A stretch of DNA of 61,281 nt, the filler included, from Ginglymostoma cirratum (lineage: Eukaryota), in the NCBI GenBank assembly GCA_024137785.1. It is 3 parts of 3 records of this genome, joined end to end, with 100 filler letters (N's around TTAATTAATTAA, not from the genome) between each part and the next. Parts side by side here need not be neighbours in the genome. Positions count along the whole stretch, not along the records: positions 23,172 to 50,026 come from JAHRHZ010000250.1; 2 more parts are not named here. One strand, written 5' to 3'. The position numbers and the translations under genes were made by a program. Shown piece by piece: positions 26,060 through 39,829 of this stretch (its first letter is position 1; each line of letters starts with the position of its first letter). The notes beneath the pieces are model-generated. The model saw only the letters and a program-made list of their open reading frames with translations. It was not told the origin of the DNA and made no database searches.

Positions 26060-26235
26060 GATGTGGAGGTGCCAGTGTTGGACCAGGGTGGACAAGTCAG
26101 AAGTTACACGACACCAGATTATAGTCCAACAGGTTTATTTGAAATCACAAACTTTTGGAGCACTGCTCCTTCATCAGATGAAGTTAAATAAACCTGTTGG
26201 ACTATAACCTGGTGTCATGTGATTTCTGACTTTGA
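26060..26235. repeat. Different Penelope-terminal-repeat-like fold-back element
   Basis: ttatagtccaacaggtttattt is mirrored by aaataaacctgttggactataa. Minus strand CTGATGA-A-GGAGC-AGT-GCTCC-AAAA (26177-26153) is a hammerhead-like core with the G of GAAA lost. Confidence 0.6.
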
Positions 26236-26675
26236 TTATTTTTAAACAAATTAGGTGACCATGTAACTGTTAGATTGTTGTAAAAAAGAAATCTATTTCC
26301 ATGAGATTACTTAGTAGATTTTACTCTCTTGAGCACAAGCTAAAGAAAATAACTTGCATTTGGATAGTGCCTTTTACAACCACTGCATCTTTCACTGTAA
26401 ATACAGTAATCTTCCCGGTATCTGGCGTGGATGGGGAATAGGAGGCATGTTGGATAGCAGAATCTTCCAGTGACATGAGAAATATTAGTGATAAGTAAAC
26501 AAATTCAAATTATCACTGTTAGAAGATAAAAGTGTGCTGAAAAACAAGCATCCAGGACTGCTTATAAATACCAGTATACCTGGACATGATAGGTGATTCA
26601 GTTTTTATCAATAAGTGTTGTCTCGAACTAGTGTTAATAAAACACCTGGTCCAGCATTTCCTCCCAACAGCTAAC

Positions 26676-26794
26676 ACGAGTGAAATCCCAGCTATCCGGA
26701 TCCCAGGTATCGGGAATTCCCCTTTTTGAATTTCGGATGCTGGTTGCATGAGAATTCTGGATGCCCAGGATCCGGATAGCTGGGATGTTAACGT
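26676..26794. mobile_element. MITE (Tc1-mariner/Tigger-like)
   Basis: Perfect 19-bp inverted repeat ATCCCAGCTATCCGGATCC (26685-26703) / GGATCCGGATAGCTGGGAT (26768-26786), extending imperfectly inward; right end ..CGTA. Confidence 0.6.
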
Positions 26795-29700
26795 AAAGTC
26801 TTTCTGAAGTTTTAAGCTGTTTGTGAAATGTCACTGCAACACAGGCAGCATTGAAACAACAAAAAGAAGTGAAGAGTATCCCCATTGAGTTTTTAATGGT
26901 TTGCTGTGACTTGGAAGAGATCCCCATCAAGTCCAGTATTGTTATTATTCAATGGGGAAAAGAAATTCCTTTTCCAACAGGGCTCTTTTAGCACAGGACC
27001 TTGGCTGACAAGTTTGAATGTCAGATGTCATACCTACATCTGAGCTTAGCCAGTTGTTGGACCCTAAGAAGATTTTGGGTTTAGTGTTTTCTTCCTCGTC
27101 GCTGACAATTATTGATTCGGATTGACTAAGATCTTGGCTTCTTAGTAAGGTTTGCAAGACATTATAGTCTGTTGAAATGGAATCATCTGACTGCTGCTCA
27201 TACAATTCACTTGACAAGCTGTTCTGGAAACGAATATGGAAATGAATGCATGAGGACACCTGCTTTCATAATCATCTCATCATAAGTAAGTACTTGAAAC
27301 ACATCTAATTCACAGGAGACTGATTAAATATGGAGAGAGGCAACTACATACTCAATGCAAGCTTTCATAAGTGATATGAATTATGCATCAGTCGCCATCG
27401 AAGAAATCAACAGTGCTCTGTAAGAAAGCTGCCTGCAATGTGAATGGATTGTGCCTTTCAATTCAGCAATTTTAAAGGTGTTGAGGTTAGGATGGTCACA
27501 CACTGCGTCTAATGCCTTCTCTTAACTAGTGGAAGTGACGGACACATTAACATGCTCAGAGAAAATCAACTGAGTCGATCAAGGGCTTCACAAACGACAA
27601 ACATGTTTTCAATCATTTTATTTTCTGCTTAACACTTGTCAAAAATCAACCTTAAACCCATTGACTTTGTTTTTATTCAAGATACTGATACACACACGCA
27701 TAATATTATGCTTGTGTTACATAAAGCATTTGTCAGTGTAACGGTAATGTTACTGGGCTGAGATCCAGAACTAATCCTCTGGGTTGTGAGTTTGAGCCCC
27801 ACCATGGAATGTGGTGAAATTTCAATTTAGTAAGAATTTCAGTTATAAGAGACATTCAAGGGGGGATTGGATGAATTTTTGGGTATAAATTGTGTGCAGG
27901 TACATGGAGAAAGGCCACAGAAAGGTAAAAGAATCAGTACTGACATGATGGGTGAATGGCTTCCTTCTGAGCTATAACAATTATGTGAGAAATGCTGGGC
28001 AAATGGGGACCAATGTAACCACTGCCATTTGTGCTAAAACCCACCTGGTTCACTAACGTCCTTTAGGGAAGGAAACTGCCATCCTTCCCCGGTCTGGCCT
28101 ACGTGTGGCTCCAGACCCACAGCAAAGTGGTTAACTCTCAACTGCCCTCTAATCAATTTTCTTTTTATATTCACTCCCGGGATATGGGCATCTCCGGCTG
28201 GCTAGCATTTATAGCCAGTTCCTAGCTGCCTTTGAACTGAGTGGTTTGCTAGGCTATTTTCCACTGCTGTACACCTAGACTCACATGTAGGCTAGACCAG
28301 GTGAGGATGGCAGATTTCCTTCCCTGAAGGACATTAGTGAGCCAGGTTTTTCTGACAATCTGCAATGGTTTCATCCTCATCAGTAGATCCTTAATTCCAG
28401 TTAGGGATGGACACCAAATATTGGCCTAGGAAGTGATGTCCACATCCTGCTAATAAATAAAAACAAGCTTTTATGCCATTTTGGTTGTATTATAGGGCCG
28501 TCAGTTTTGGAAGAAGAAGGATGTCTCCTGGTGGCATTCTACTCTAGGACATCACCAGGTTTCCACCCAAGGGGACTAAGCCATCATTACTGGGTCTGGG
28601 CCCAGTCTGGGCCATTGCTTTCTGCTCCAGTTTCAGAATTCCAGTGTTTGTGCAGGCATCACCAGCTTTCCGCTGACAGCTCTCAAGCAGAATTGGATGT
28701 TTTCTGGAATATGTTTGAGACGATCCGTGTCAACACAGCAGTTCAAAATGGCACAATGTTCTAATTATCTGAATCTTCCTGAGTGCGCAATATGCTAATC
28801 ATCCAATTAAAATCCAGTAGAACCCTCCTGAGATGCAGCTTTTGCTTACGTGGACATTGATGACACTTTCTATTTTCTTTTTGTAAGCGGTGAATTCCGA
28901 AATTGCATTGTGAAAACATTATTTTTCAAACAGTGGGAAGTTTAAAATGCCAACTGTCCAAACATCAGTTTTGAATACCTGACGGGAGGTAAGGTGCTAA
29001 TGTGATGCTCGAGATAAACAGCCCAGGGGGAGAACGAATGATGGATGGGGAGGCAATGTCAATAAGCCCAATTGTTTTTGGCAAATCAGGTACCTGAGAG
29101 GGGTCTGAAACCTCTTCTGAGCAATAGAATTCTATGACTCCAGCTCCCATTATTACATTGAACCATGACCCTAGCAATTTGCTGTATTATTCCAGCATAG
29201 ACGGAAGCTGGGATCATCCACTGTTGAAGAAAATGATGGCAGAGGGTTACTGTCACTGGACGAGTAATCCAGAAGTCCAGGCCAATGCCCAAGCAACATG
29301 TGTTCAGACTCTATCATAACCATTGGTTGCATTTCAATTCAATTTCAAGCTACCTGGAATTGAAAGTGTCTCGACAATGGTGATGATGATTTGTTGTTTC
29401 AAAAAAATACATAAATCTGGTTTACTAATGTCCTTTAGGGAAGGGAATCTGCTGTCCTTACATGTGACTCCAGACCCATAGCAATGTAATTGATTCTTAG
29501 CTGCTCTCTACAATACAAGTCCATACCCAGGTCAGTGAGTATTCAAAACATTAATTTAACAGAATAAAATATATATACAAGAGGTAAGAGGAGGCAACTC
29601 TATAACTTGCACATTCCATCCCACATCCATGTGTTCTATTGTCATTGATCTACTCTTTGACATTGTATGCATTACTTTATCATACTATACCTCCCCACAA

Positions 29701-30721
29701 GTATTGCACTTCTTTTAATTGGTAACAACGTCTTCTTTACTCCAACCTATATCACTCAAAGTCTCTTCTGGCTGTGACATCTATCTCGAGTCATTTCCTT
29801 AGCCAATTCTGAGGACTGCTGCGTGGATGAACACTACGTGACGATTCTTGAAAGGATTGGCAGATTGAGGTCCCTGTTTTTGACAATGTAAAGGCTGTAG
29901 AGTACTTTCCCACTCTCATGAGCTGGAGGATGGTCTGGAGTGGACAAAGACATCAAAAAGTTACATTTTCCAACAATACATTGGGCATGGAAATGAGATT
30001 GTCACTCGTGAGCAGTGAGAGACTGCTTAACAGGGGTTTGTACCCAGCATCATTCAAACTATAGCCTTAAATGTCTTGGTATTGCAATCTTACCTTGTTG
30101 CCAAGAACAGTCATCTCAATGTTGGTGGTGGAGAAGGTTATTAAACAATTATTCAAGATCGATTGAGGAAAAGTAAAGTCACCATAGCCCTGCTCTCTTT
30201 TCGAGAGAGAAAGAGAGAGCACACAGCAAGTGGTGGTGAGGTTAACCTGAGGGTCACCATATCTCAGGTGAGATTAAGAAGGTGCATCTTCATGGTAACC
30301 TCATCCAGTCCAGGAATTGAACACACACTGTTGGCATCTCTCTGCATTACAAATCAATTTCCAAGTAGAAACAATAAACACATGGAAAAGGTGGGTTGAT
30401 TATGTAGAATCAGCATGTGACAGAAAAGCTCAATGAGGTGAATACTATTGACGTTGGCGATGGAGACTTGGTTAGTTATTCACAGAGGTATACACCACAG
30501 AAAAAGGCCCTTTGGCCCATTGTGGCCAAACCAGATAAAAATAACCACCTAACTATCGTAATCCTATTTTCCAGCACTTGGCCCACAGCCTTGTATGTCT
30601 TGGTATTACAAATGCCCATCTTCGTGGATTTTAAGAACCTGTTTGATATAATGTCACACAATAAGCTTGTGAAGAACATTGCAAGCACAGGTATAAACAG
30701 GACAGCAACAACATGCAACAT

Positions 30722-30864
30722 GAGATAACAAGGTGTGGAGCAGGATGAACACAGCAGGCCAAGCAGCATCAGAGGAGCAGGAAAGCTGACCTTTTGGGTC
30801 TAGACCCTTCTTCAGGTTTTTCTGGTTCACATTCTCCAGCATCTACAGTTCCTATTATATCTGA
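30722..30864. mobile_element. Short repeat insertion of the same family, partly inverted
   Basis: TSD AACAACATGCAACAT (30707-30721 / 30865-30879); internal sequence matches the 1638 family. Confidence 0.7.
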
Positions 30865-31590
30865 AACAACATGCAACATACAGACTACAAAGGTCATATT
30901 GCTGAGACCCATTCTGTTTCTTCTGCTCACCACACAAGTGTCACTGATGGATCCAGCCACAACGAGGCGAATTGTCACTGCTGCTGTGATGCAACAAGAG
31001 TGCAAAGATGTGGAAGACGAGAAGGTGTACCAGCATGCCCAGGGCCAGCAGCATCAAACAGTGATAGCACCTCCACGTGAGAAGGTCACAACTGAATGCC
31101 TCTCAGGAAATACAGGAGGCCCAGAATCTATCAGCCACTTTCTCCAGCTATCATTGTCAAAGTTGCATTTACCTTAGGCATAAACACAAAGAACTGCAGA
31201 TCCTGGGAATCTAAGACAAAAGTAGAAATTGTTGGAGAAACTCAGTGGGTCTGGCAGCATCTGTGAAGAGAAAGCAGAGTTAATGTTTCAGATCCAGTGA
31301 TCCTTCTTCAGAACCGCAGTTCTGCTGTTGGGCCTGCTGAGTTTTTCCAGCTGTTCTCCACCTTCAGTGGGCCTGGTTATTTCCCGCCTCTTTCCGTCCT
31401 ATTCATGGGCCAGGTCCACACCGTTTAACTGATTGGTCTTCCAGCTTGTCACCCTCTGAGGCCCAGGCAAGTATGTTCCTTGATGCAGGTGTTTCCCAGA
31501 CCCTCACTGTCTGGTTGACTGAACCCCAGTGTCTTTGACCAGGACAGGTCCCCACACTCCCTGCTTGGGTCTTTCTTGCACATAGTTAGC

Positions 31591-31745
31591 AGGGTGGCAC
31601 ATGGCTTAGTGGTTAGCACTTCTGCCTTGCAGCGCCAGGACCTGGGCTCGATTCCACCCTTGAGTGACTATCTATGTGGAGTCTGCACATTTTCCCCATG
31701 TCTGTGTGGGTTTCCTCTGGGTGCTCCAGTTTCCTTCCCATGTCC
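31591..31745 (+). mobile_element. HE1-like SINE, 3'-truncated
   Basis: gggtggcacatggcttagtggttagcact...gggctcgattcc (A and B boxes). Confidence 0.75.
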
Positions 31746-33035
31746 TCAACTGGTCAGTGAACATTAACAAGAATGTTTTGTGTAATTTTATTTATTCACT
31801 GGATATGGTCAGAGGTTGTGGAAGATGTTGTCACGGAGTTTAGGTTAGTTAATCAGAGAGACCTACAGCATAGAAAAAGGCCCTTTGGCCCATTGAGACA
31901 ATACCTGGTAAAAACAACCACCTCACTATCCTAATCCCATTGGCCAGCTCTTGGCATACAACCTTTGTGCCTTGGCATTGCAAGTGCCCATCTAAATGCT
32001 TCTTACATGTTACATGGGTTTCCGTGCGTAAGAACATAGACACAGAAAGACAATCCTTCACAGTGTCCTCAGCTGATGTAGGCATTGAGTTCACACTGTA
32101 GGCATTACTGTACTTTGTAGATGAGCCACTCTGTGAACTGAGCTAGCCATCTTGTGCATTAAATAGATGGTACACACCACTGGCATACCACAGGGAAAAA
32201 AATGTAAGAGACGGTAAGTCCGGAACCTCGTAAACCCGAGCCTTAATTTCACATGCTCTCATGTCGATGAGGATGTAGTCTGCTTACTGACATAAAGTCA
32301 TAGAGCCATAGAGATGTACAACATGGAAACAGACCCTTAGGTCTAACTCATCCATGCCGACCAGATAGCCCAAAACAATTTGGTGTTATTTGCCAGCGTT
32401 TGGCCTTTATCCCTGTAAACCCTTCCTATTCATAACACAATGTGCATCATCCCATCATAAAACACACTCTCGAACATTTAGGGATAGGAACAAATAGGGG
32501 ACTTGCCTGTGATGCCTATATCTCATGAACAAACGTAAAACAGACCTTGAACAAAAAATGAAATGCATCACCTTGATTCCTGTTTTCAGTTCCACGCAGT
32601 GAGCAACAGTTTTTGCATTTTTCTCCATAAAAACTGACTGCCCTTTGAAAGTATTTTAAGTTTTTGGGGCTTTGGGCTTTGCAATATTTTTATATTCTCC
32701 AAGAGTCAAAGCAGTTGTTGTTTGTTTCTGCATCTCATCCCCAAGGATTGAACCCCAAACTTGAGATTCAAAATCTGATCACCTTTGATTATTGGAATAT
32801 GATTCTTTCTCCCGCATTTTAATTCTTAGACTGAAGCTTTGCATGATGGAGGTCAAAGTTTCACCTGTGGTAAAAGTTTGAGAAAGAGGCTAAATATTTG
32901 TTGTTGAAGTAGCAATCGATTTGCAATAGTATACCAAATTCCATTCAATATGAACCACCTTGTTTAAAAACACCGTTCATCCCATCTGTTCGTGGAGCAT
33001 AGAAACTGCAGAAAGTAGCTGTTTAGTGTAATGTT

Positions 33036-33390
33036 GTGGCATGGTGGCCGAGTGGTTAGCACTGCTGTCTCACAGCGCTAGGGACCTGGGTTTGATCCCA
33101 CCTTCGGGTAACTGTGTGGAGTTTGCACATTCTCCCCATGTCTGTGTGGGTTTCCTCTGGGTGCTCTGGTTTCCCCCCACAGTCCAAAGATGTGTAGGTT
33201 AGGGTAGAATGGCCATGCTAAATTGCCTACAGTGTCCAGGGATGTGCAGGCTAGGTCGGTTAGCCGTGGGAAATGCAGAGTTACAGGATTGGGTAGGGGT
33301 GTGTGTTTGGGTGGGATGCTCTTCAGAAGGTCAGTGTGGACACAATGGGCCAAATGAGCTTGCTTCTACACTGCAGGGTTTGTATGATAC
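33036..33390 (+). mobile_element. HE1-like SINE
   Basis: gtggccgagtggttagcactgctgtctcacagcgctagggacctgggtttgatccc plus family core. Confidence 0.85.
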
Positions 33391-33969
33391 ACAGGAAATA
33401 TAGGCACTATCATTTGGAATTGGTAGTGCGTCTCACACCTCCATAACAAAACACACCCAGCTCTCCATCATCCAGTTCTTCAAATTATTTATCCTCAACC
33501 ATTATATTAGACTTATTTTAGTGGAATAGGTTGTCACAGATGGCTGGTAGCGATGTCTTATAGCACAAGTTCAATTCCCACCTTGGCTGAATTTGCCATG
33601 AAGGTCCCACTTTCTCAACATCCCTCCTTTCCTGAGGTGTGCTGAACCTTAGATTAAACCATCACTAGTCACATCTCTCTCTCTCTAATGAGAGGGTAGG
33701 ATTATGGTGGCTTTACTTACTTTATTAGAAATTTCGCCAAATCGGTCTGTCATTCAACTTTCTTTCTTGGTTACTAGGCAAAGTAAAAGATTGTCTTCTC
33801 AAGTTATAAAGTACAACAATGGAAAGAGGGAAGTCTTTCTTTGTCTCTCAAAGAAACACACATCTTAAAAATTCCATAACCTGGGAAAGAAATGTTATCC
33901 TGCTGATCATCAAAGAAATAAAGGTAGAAGTCCCAGTGTGAAGGTAGTAAAGAAAAGTTGTAATAGGTA

Positions 33970-34460
33970 TTGGAGGCAGTCCACAGAAAGTTTACAAGCC
34001 TGATACCAGATAGAGAGGGACTGCCCTATGAGGAGATATTGAGTAGATTGGACCTACGTTTTTTGAAATTTAGAAGAATGAGAAGTGACCTTATTGAGTC
34101 ATGGAGATTCTTAGGATAACTGAAAAGGTAGATGCGGAGAGCTTGCCTCCACTTGTGGGGGAGTCTAGGATCAGAGGGGATCATCTCAGAATAAGGGAGC
34201 ATGCATTTACGACAGAGATGAAGAGGAATTTCTTCTCTCAGAGGGCAGTGAATCTGTGGAATTCTTTACTGCAGTGGACTGCTAAGGCTGGGTCATTAAG
34301 TATACTCAAGGCTGAGATAGACAGATTTTTAATCAGGAAGGGAATTGACAGTTATGGGGGAAAGGCAGGAGGGTAGAAGATTGGTAGAGGTAGTAGAAGT
34401 GTAGATTGGTAGAAGGTAGAGTGGGGGACTATCAGATCAGCCATGATCTCATTGAATGCC
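33970..34460 (+). mobile_element. CR1 LINE 3' fragment
   Basis: TEMKRNFFSQRAVNLWNSL...KAEIDRFL. Confidence 0.85.
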
Positions 34461-34854
34461 TGCTCTGAAGACAGGTCCCTGGACTCAGAAAATTAACTCT
34501 GTTTCTCTCTCCATGGCCGTGGGCAGAGCTGCTGAGCTTCTCCAGCAATTTCTGTTTCTGTTTTCGACTGTTGTCACTCTTGAGCAAGGAGAAGCGATGA
34601 CAGACTATAAACTACGAAAAAAGGCAATTGTGCACAATTCAACATTGAGGGAGAAGTCTTATCACAACATGAGCCAGTCGGAGCAATACCTTTCATTATT
34701 TTTTCAGTTCACACCTGGAATATTGAGACCAACCTTTACACGAGGTTCTATGGGCCAGAGATTCCTCGGTGATGTTATTGAATGCCTGCTCCTTACCTGA
34801 GAATATTGACTGGTAGCACATTCCCTTCTGACACGACAGTTGAAAGCTCAAGCA

Positions 34855-35310
34855 AAGGAACATAGAAAATAGAAGAAGGAGTCGGCCATTCTCCCCCTCA
34901 AGCCTGTTCCACCAATTAATATGTTCATACCATCATCGAATTCACTTCCCCATTCCCGTTTTCAACCACACCCTTCGATCTCCTGAGCTCTGAGAACAGT
35001 ATCTAGTTTCTTCTTGAGAACAAACAATATTTTTGTTTCTGATTTAAGCATCCACAGTTGGAAATATATGCTCTCTCCATTAAATATACTCCAAGGCTGA
35101 GCTTCCCCAGCCCTCCAGGATAGCAAGTTCCAAAGTTTCACAATTCTCTGAGTCAAAAATATCACTTAAAAATGGCATCCCTTTTATTTTTAAATTGTGC
35201 CCCCTGGATTTAGATTCTTCAATGTGATAAACCATCCGCACTTGTCTATCCCCTTAGGTATTTTGTAGGTTTCAATAAGATCACCTTTCATTCTTCAATA
35301 TTCTCCAGAA
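34855..35310 (-). mobile_element. CR1 LINE 3' fragment(s)
   Basis: IFLTQRIVKLWNLL; tail aggaacatagaaaatagaagaaggagtcggcc. Confidence 0.7.
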
Positions 35311-35869
35311 TACATTGCAGTCTACCTGTCGCTGAGCAATAACTTAAGCTTCTCTCAGCACATCTTTGATAGACTCTCAAAGTATGTGTTTACAGAAAAG
35401 CAGAAGCCAAATGCTGCAGGTGCTGGAAATCTCAAACAAAAATAACCTAAAAAAATCCTGAAAAATGAAAGCAGGTTATACAGCATCTATGAAGAAAAGA
35501 ACAGTTAGCATTCAGATCAAGATGAGTTGGAGATACTCTCAACGAAAAGGTTATAAAGGTTACTGATTGATGGTATTTCTTTGTAAGGTTCCATCTTAGT
35601 CATTTCCTACTAAGGCTGTATATCCTCTAGGCTGGAGGTTTCATTCCATGAGGCCTAGTGAGTTTTCTGCTGCAATTATCCCAAATCCACCTCTTTAACT
35701 ACCAATAGCAGGCCTCTGGGACCCTTTGCTTCCAATTTCCTACCACTCATATACCCAGTACTGCTGAGATATTCTGTAAAAGATTGTCTCCCTGCTGCCA
35801 ATGCCTTCTTTAAATACCAATCATGCGCCTAGATCAGCCCTGTCTGTGCGGAGCTACCTTGCATAGCTT

Positions 35870-36500
35870 GTGACGTCTGCCCCAGACTTGGCGTTTCACC
35901 CTGTGGTCGGACAACTGGAGGTCCTGGTAGGCAGATGATGCAGAGGAGAGTGGTCCACTTGCCACAAGACCAGTGTTGGAGGTCATGACCCCAGACCATG
36001 CCTGGCCTTGCCCAAGTTTATTCCACCCTCACCTACCTCCCTAAGTTAGTGCAGCATCAGTGTTTGGAGGAATGCCCAGAACTGTAAGAAGAAAATCAAT
36101 GATATTCCACTCTCTCATCATCTTCTCTCTGTTACCTTACCATCACTCACACTCTCTGTTATTGGAACCACCTCCCACCAAGGCTCGTGCTCTCCCACTC
36201 CCAATATTACCTCCGTCACTCACTCTCACCTACCTACAACCCCCAACACCACTAACCCTACCTGCTCTCAGTGCTGCCCACTCACTCACAAGGGGCACCT
36301 TGACATATTTCCCCCACTTACATCAAAACTAACATCTGTGCCACCAAATTTCACCTCACTCAATTCCTCCCTTTCTCTCATTTCCAGAAACAAAAATAGT
36401 CCACAGTGCTGCACAAAGATGGAATGTGAGTTGCCCTACACTTGGCCCCTCAGCCCCTATTGCGAGAGGTTCCTAATGCCTGGGGGACTGACTGACCAAA
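35870..36500 (+). mobile_element. Harbinger-associated Myb/SANT gene remnant
   Basis: Degenerate QLEVLV..MQRRVVHLPQD..VSAASV..WRNAQNCKKKINDI resembles the Myb/SANT (R..QC.KK.NDL) partner protein of Harbinger transposons. Confidence 0.5.
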
Positions 36501-37729
36501 TCTTAGTCCCTTGACTGATGTCACAGGTTGCCTCTGACCTACTGTACTGCCGGCTCCCTGACTGAAAACTGCCGTTCTTGACTTGAGAGAGGACAACAGC
36601 TGACAACCATGTGAAGCTTCCTGGCTTTTTATCTATACTTAATGGCAAGGCAAGAGAGTATTACTGTGGAAACTGATAGCTCTGGCTGGATTGTGGTTGG
36701 TGGTGGTTGGCGGTGGCAGTGGTATGGGGGACGGGGGTGGTGCAAATTGCAGGAAAGGGATGATGTGAGCATCTAGGCAGACTCAAAGTGAGGGATCACC
36801 GAGTGAGCAAATGAGCAGCTCTGAGATGCAGCTTAGTCCAGTCCATGAGTTGAGTACCTATCCTTGTAGCAGGATCCCAAGGCCAGCTGCCAATGTGCCG
36901 TGAAGTACAGTATAAGGTGCAGTAATGTAAGTGGATCAGAAAGGTGCCACTAGGGTTTGGAGAGGTTGGCACATGTCCAGTGCCTGCTTCCATGATGATG
37001 GTTCGCTGCACAGGTACCTTGGAACGTGCCCTTATTACCATGCGGTGACCTGGAGGTGTGAGCTGCAGGCTGAAATCACCAGGACTCTGCTCTGACATTC
37101 ACATGGGGAATTGTCTAGGTTCCTCACAGAGGGTTACATGCAACAGGACAGGAAGCTGCATGTGAACACATTGAGGTTTACGGTTTACAAGGCATAGAAA
37201 CAAACAATAATCCCCAGTAACATTTATCTCACTGCTCCTTAGTGAGAATCCTGCCTTGGCATCTGGAATTCTGTTTGGAAAGGCAACAAATTGCCTCCAA
37301 TGTTGAGAAGCCAAATTTCTCCCACAGTTCTCCAAGATTCTCCCACATTGTTTGGGACTCAGCCTTACTTTCCCCAATCGGACCTTGAAATTCTCTGAAG
37401 AGTCATTGACAAAGTTCTTTTCTGCAGCACTTCCTGAGATTAGATGTTTTCCTTTATGTCCTGATGACCGAAAATGATTGATAGATCTTGATATTCAGAG
37501 AAAGCAGGAACAAGTGATTTTAGATTAGGAGCAAAATTACTGCAATTTGGCTCGGCAGTGTGAAGTATTCTGACTACTTTGCTGTTATGACCTGGAATGT
37601 TTTAGAGCCTGAAATGTCGGAGAAGCCGTTTCTAAGACAGCGTTGAGAAAGAAAAATTGAGATAATGTTAAAGATAAGAGGAAGCATCAGAGTTGGACAA
37701 AGTAAATAGCTCTTTAAAATGCCAAACAG

Positions 37730-39140
37730 GCGTAATGTTAGACATAACATTAGGCGGCATTGTCAACAGTGTGGATGATAGCATAAAATCACAAAGGGAT
37801 ATTGGTAGACTAAGTGAATGGGCAAAGCTCTGGCAGATGGAGTTCAATGTAAGCAAATGTGAGGTTATCCGTTTTGGTCTAAAATGGACAGATCTAGGTA
37901 CTTTGTGGATGATGTGAAATTAAATACAGTGGGTGGTCCAAAAAATTTGGGAATGCTGGCCTTTATATCCAGAGCACTGGAGTATAAAGATATAAAATTT
38001 ATGCTGCAGCTATTCAAAAACAGGACTGGACAGGGTAGATGCAGGGAGGATGTCCCCGATGGTGGATGTGTCCAGAGACAAAGGATTCGGGGCAGACAGT
38101 TTAGGACGGAGATGAGGAGACATTTCTTCACCCAAAGACTGGTGACCCTGTGGAATTCATTACCACAGGAAGCAGTTGATGCCAAAACATTGAATGTATT
38201 CAAGAGGCGACTAGATATAGCACTTGGGGCGAATGGGATCAAAGGTTATGGGGAGAAAGCAGGATTAGGCGATTGAGTTGGATGATCAGCGATGATCGTG
38301 ATGAATGGCAGAGCAGGCTTGAAGGGCCGAATGGCCTCCTTTTATCTTCTGTGTTTCTTTGTTAATTCTGATTAGACCCCACATGGAGTACTGTGAGCAG
38401 ATCTGGGCATCACACCTTCAGAAGGATAAATAGAGACATACAAAATGATCAGAGAATTAGATAGGGTGGACAGTGAGAGTCTTTTTCCTAGGATGATGAC
38501 GTCGGCTAGTACGAGGGGGCATAGCTGCAAATTGAGGGGTGATAGATTTAAGACAGATGTCAGAGGCAGGTTCTTTACTCAGAGAGTGGTAAGGGCGCGG
38601 AATGCCCTGCCTGCCAATGTAGTTAACTCAGCGACATTAGGGGCATTTAAACAGTCCTTGGATAAGCATATGGATGATGATGGGATAGTGTAGGGGGATG
38701 GGCTTAGATTAGTTCACAGGTCGGCACAACATGGAGGGCCGAAGGCCCTGTTCTGCGCTGTATTGCTCTATGTTCTATGTTCTATATTGGCTTTGGAGGG
38801 AGTACAACTCCTGGATTGTGGGGATTAGGTTCTGAGGAGACATTATATAAATTAAGGCTATTTTCTCTAAACTTTAGAAGGTTAAGGGCTGATCTGATTG
38901 AAGTCTTCACAATATTAACAGGAAAAGGGCAAATAAAGATAAACTGTTTCCACTGGCTGGGGATTCTAGAACTAGGGGACAGAGTCTGAGAATTAGGGCC
39001 AGACTATTCAGGAGAGATATTAGGAAGCACTTCTACACACAAAGGGTGGTAGAGATTTGGAACTATCTTCCACAAACAGCAGTTGTTAATTTTAAGTCTG
39101 AGATGGAATTATTTTTGAACGAAGGTATTAAGGGATATTT
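37730..39140 (+). mobile_element. Nested CR1 cluster (at least three fragments)
   Basis: WAKLWQMEFNVSKCEVI; FRTEMRRHFFTQRLVTLWNSLP; FKTDVRGRFFTQRVVR; a young copy at about 38430-38785 ends in (TTCTATG)n. Confidence 0.85.
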
Positions 39141-39470
39141 GATTTGATTTGATGTATTAATGTCACATGTACCGAGATACAGTGAAAAGGATTGTTTTGC
39201 GTGCTATCCAGACAGATCATACCTTACATAAATACACCTAGGTAATAGGACAAGATGCAGAATATAATTTTACGACTACAGAGAAGGTGCAGAGAAGAAT
39301 CAACTCTAATACGTGAGAGATCTATTCAAAAATCTGATAACAGCGGGGAAGAAGCTGCTCTCGAATCTTCGTCCATGTTTTTCAAACTTTTGTATCGTCT
39401 GCCCCATGCAAGAGAGTGGAAGTGAGTATAACTGGGATAGGAGGGGTCGTTGATTATATTGGCTGTTTGG
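39140..39470 (-). mobile_element. Rex1/Babar-like LINE 3' end
   Basis: RRFESSFFPAVIRFLN C-terminal motif and (TCAAA)n tail; related copies at about 45860-46170 and 47560-47670. Confidence 0.6.
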
Positions 39471-39829
39471 TGGGGCCAAAGGCAGGTATATGAAATTAAG
39501 CCACAGATTAACCATGATCACATTGAATAATGGAACAGGCTTGAGGGGCTGAATGGCTGAGCTCCTGTTTCTATATCCCTCATGGGCCAAATGGCCTCAC
39601 TCTATGTTATATGGATTCTGTGATTCAATGAGTCTTTGTGGCACCTTCTCCTAGATTTTACACCTAGATGAGGACAGATTGTTATACAAGTTATTCCTTT
39701 AGTGCTTAAGCATGGCCTGAGTTTAAGTCACACCTGTTCCAGTAATAACACCTTTGAACAGGTTGAACAGAAAATGTCAACAATATTGGTAGGTTGGAGA
39801 TAATGGGAATGGCAGAGATAATTGGTCTG

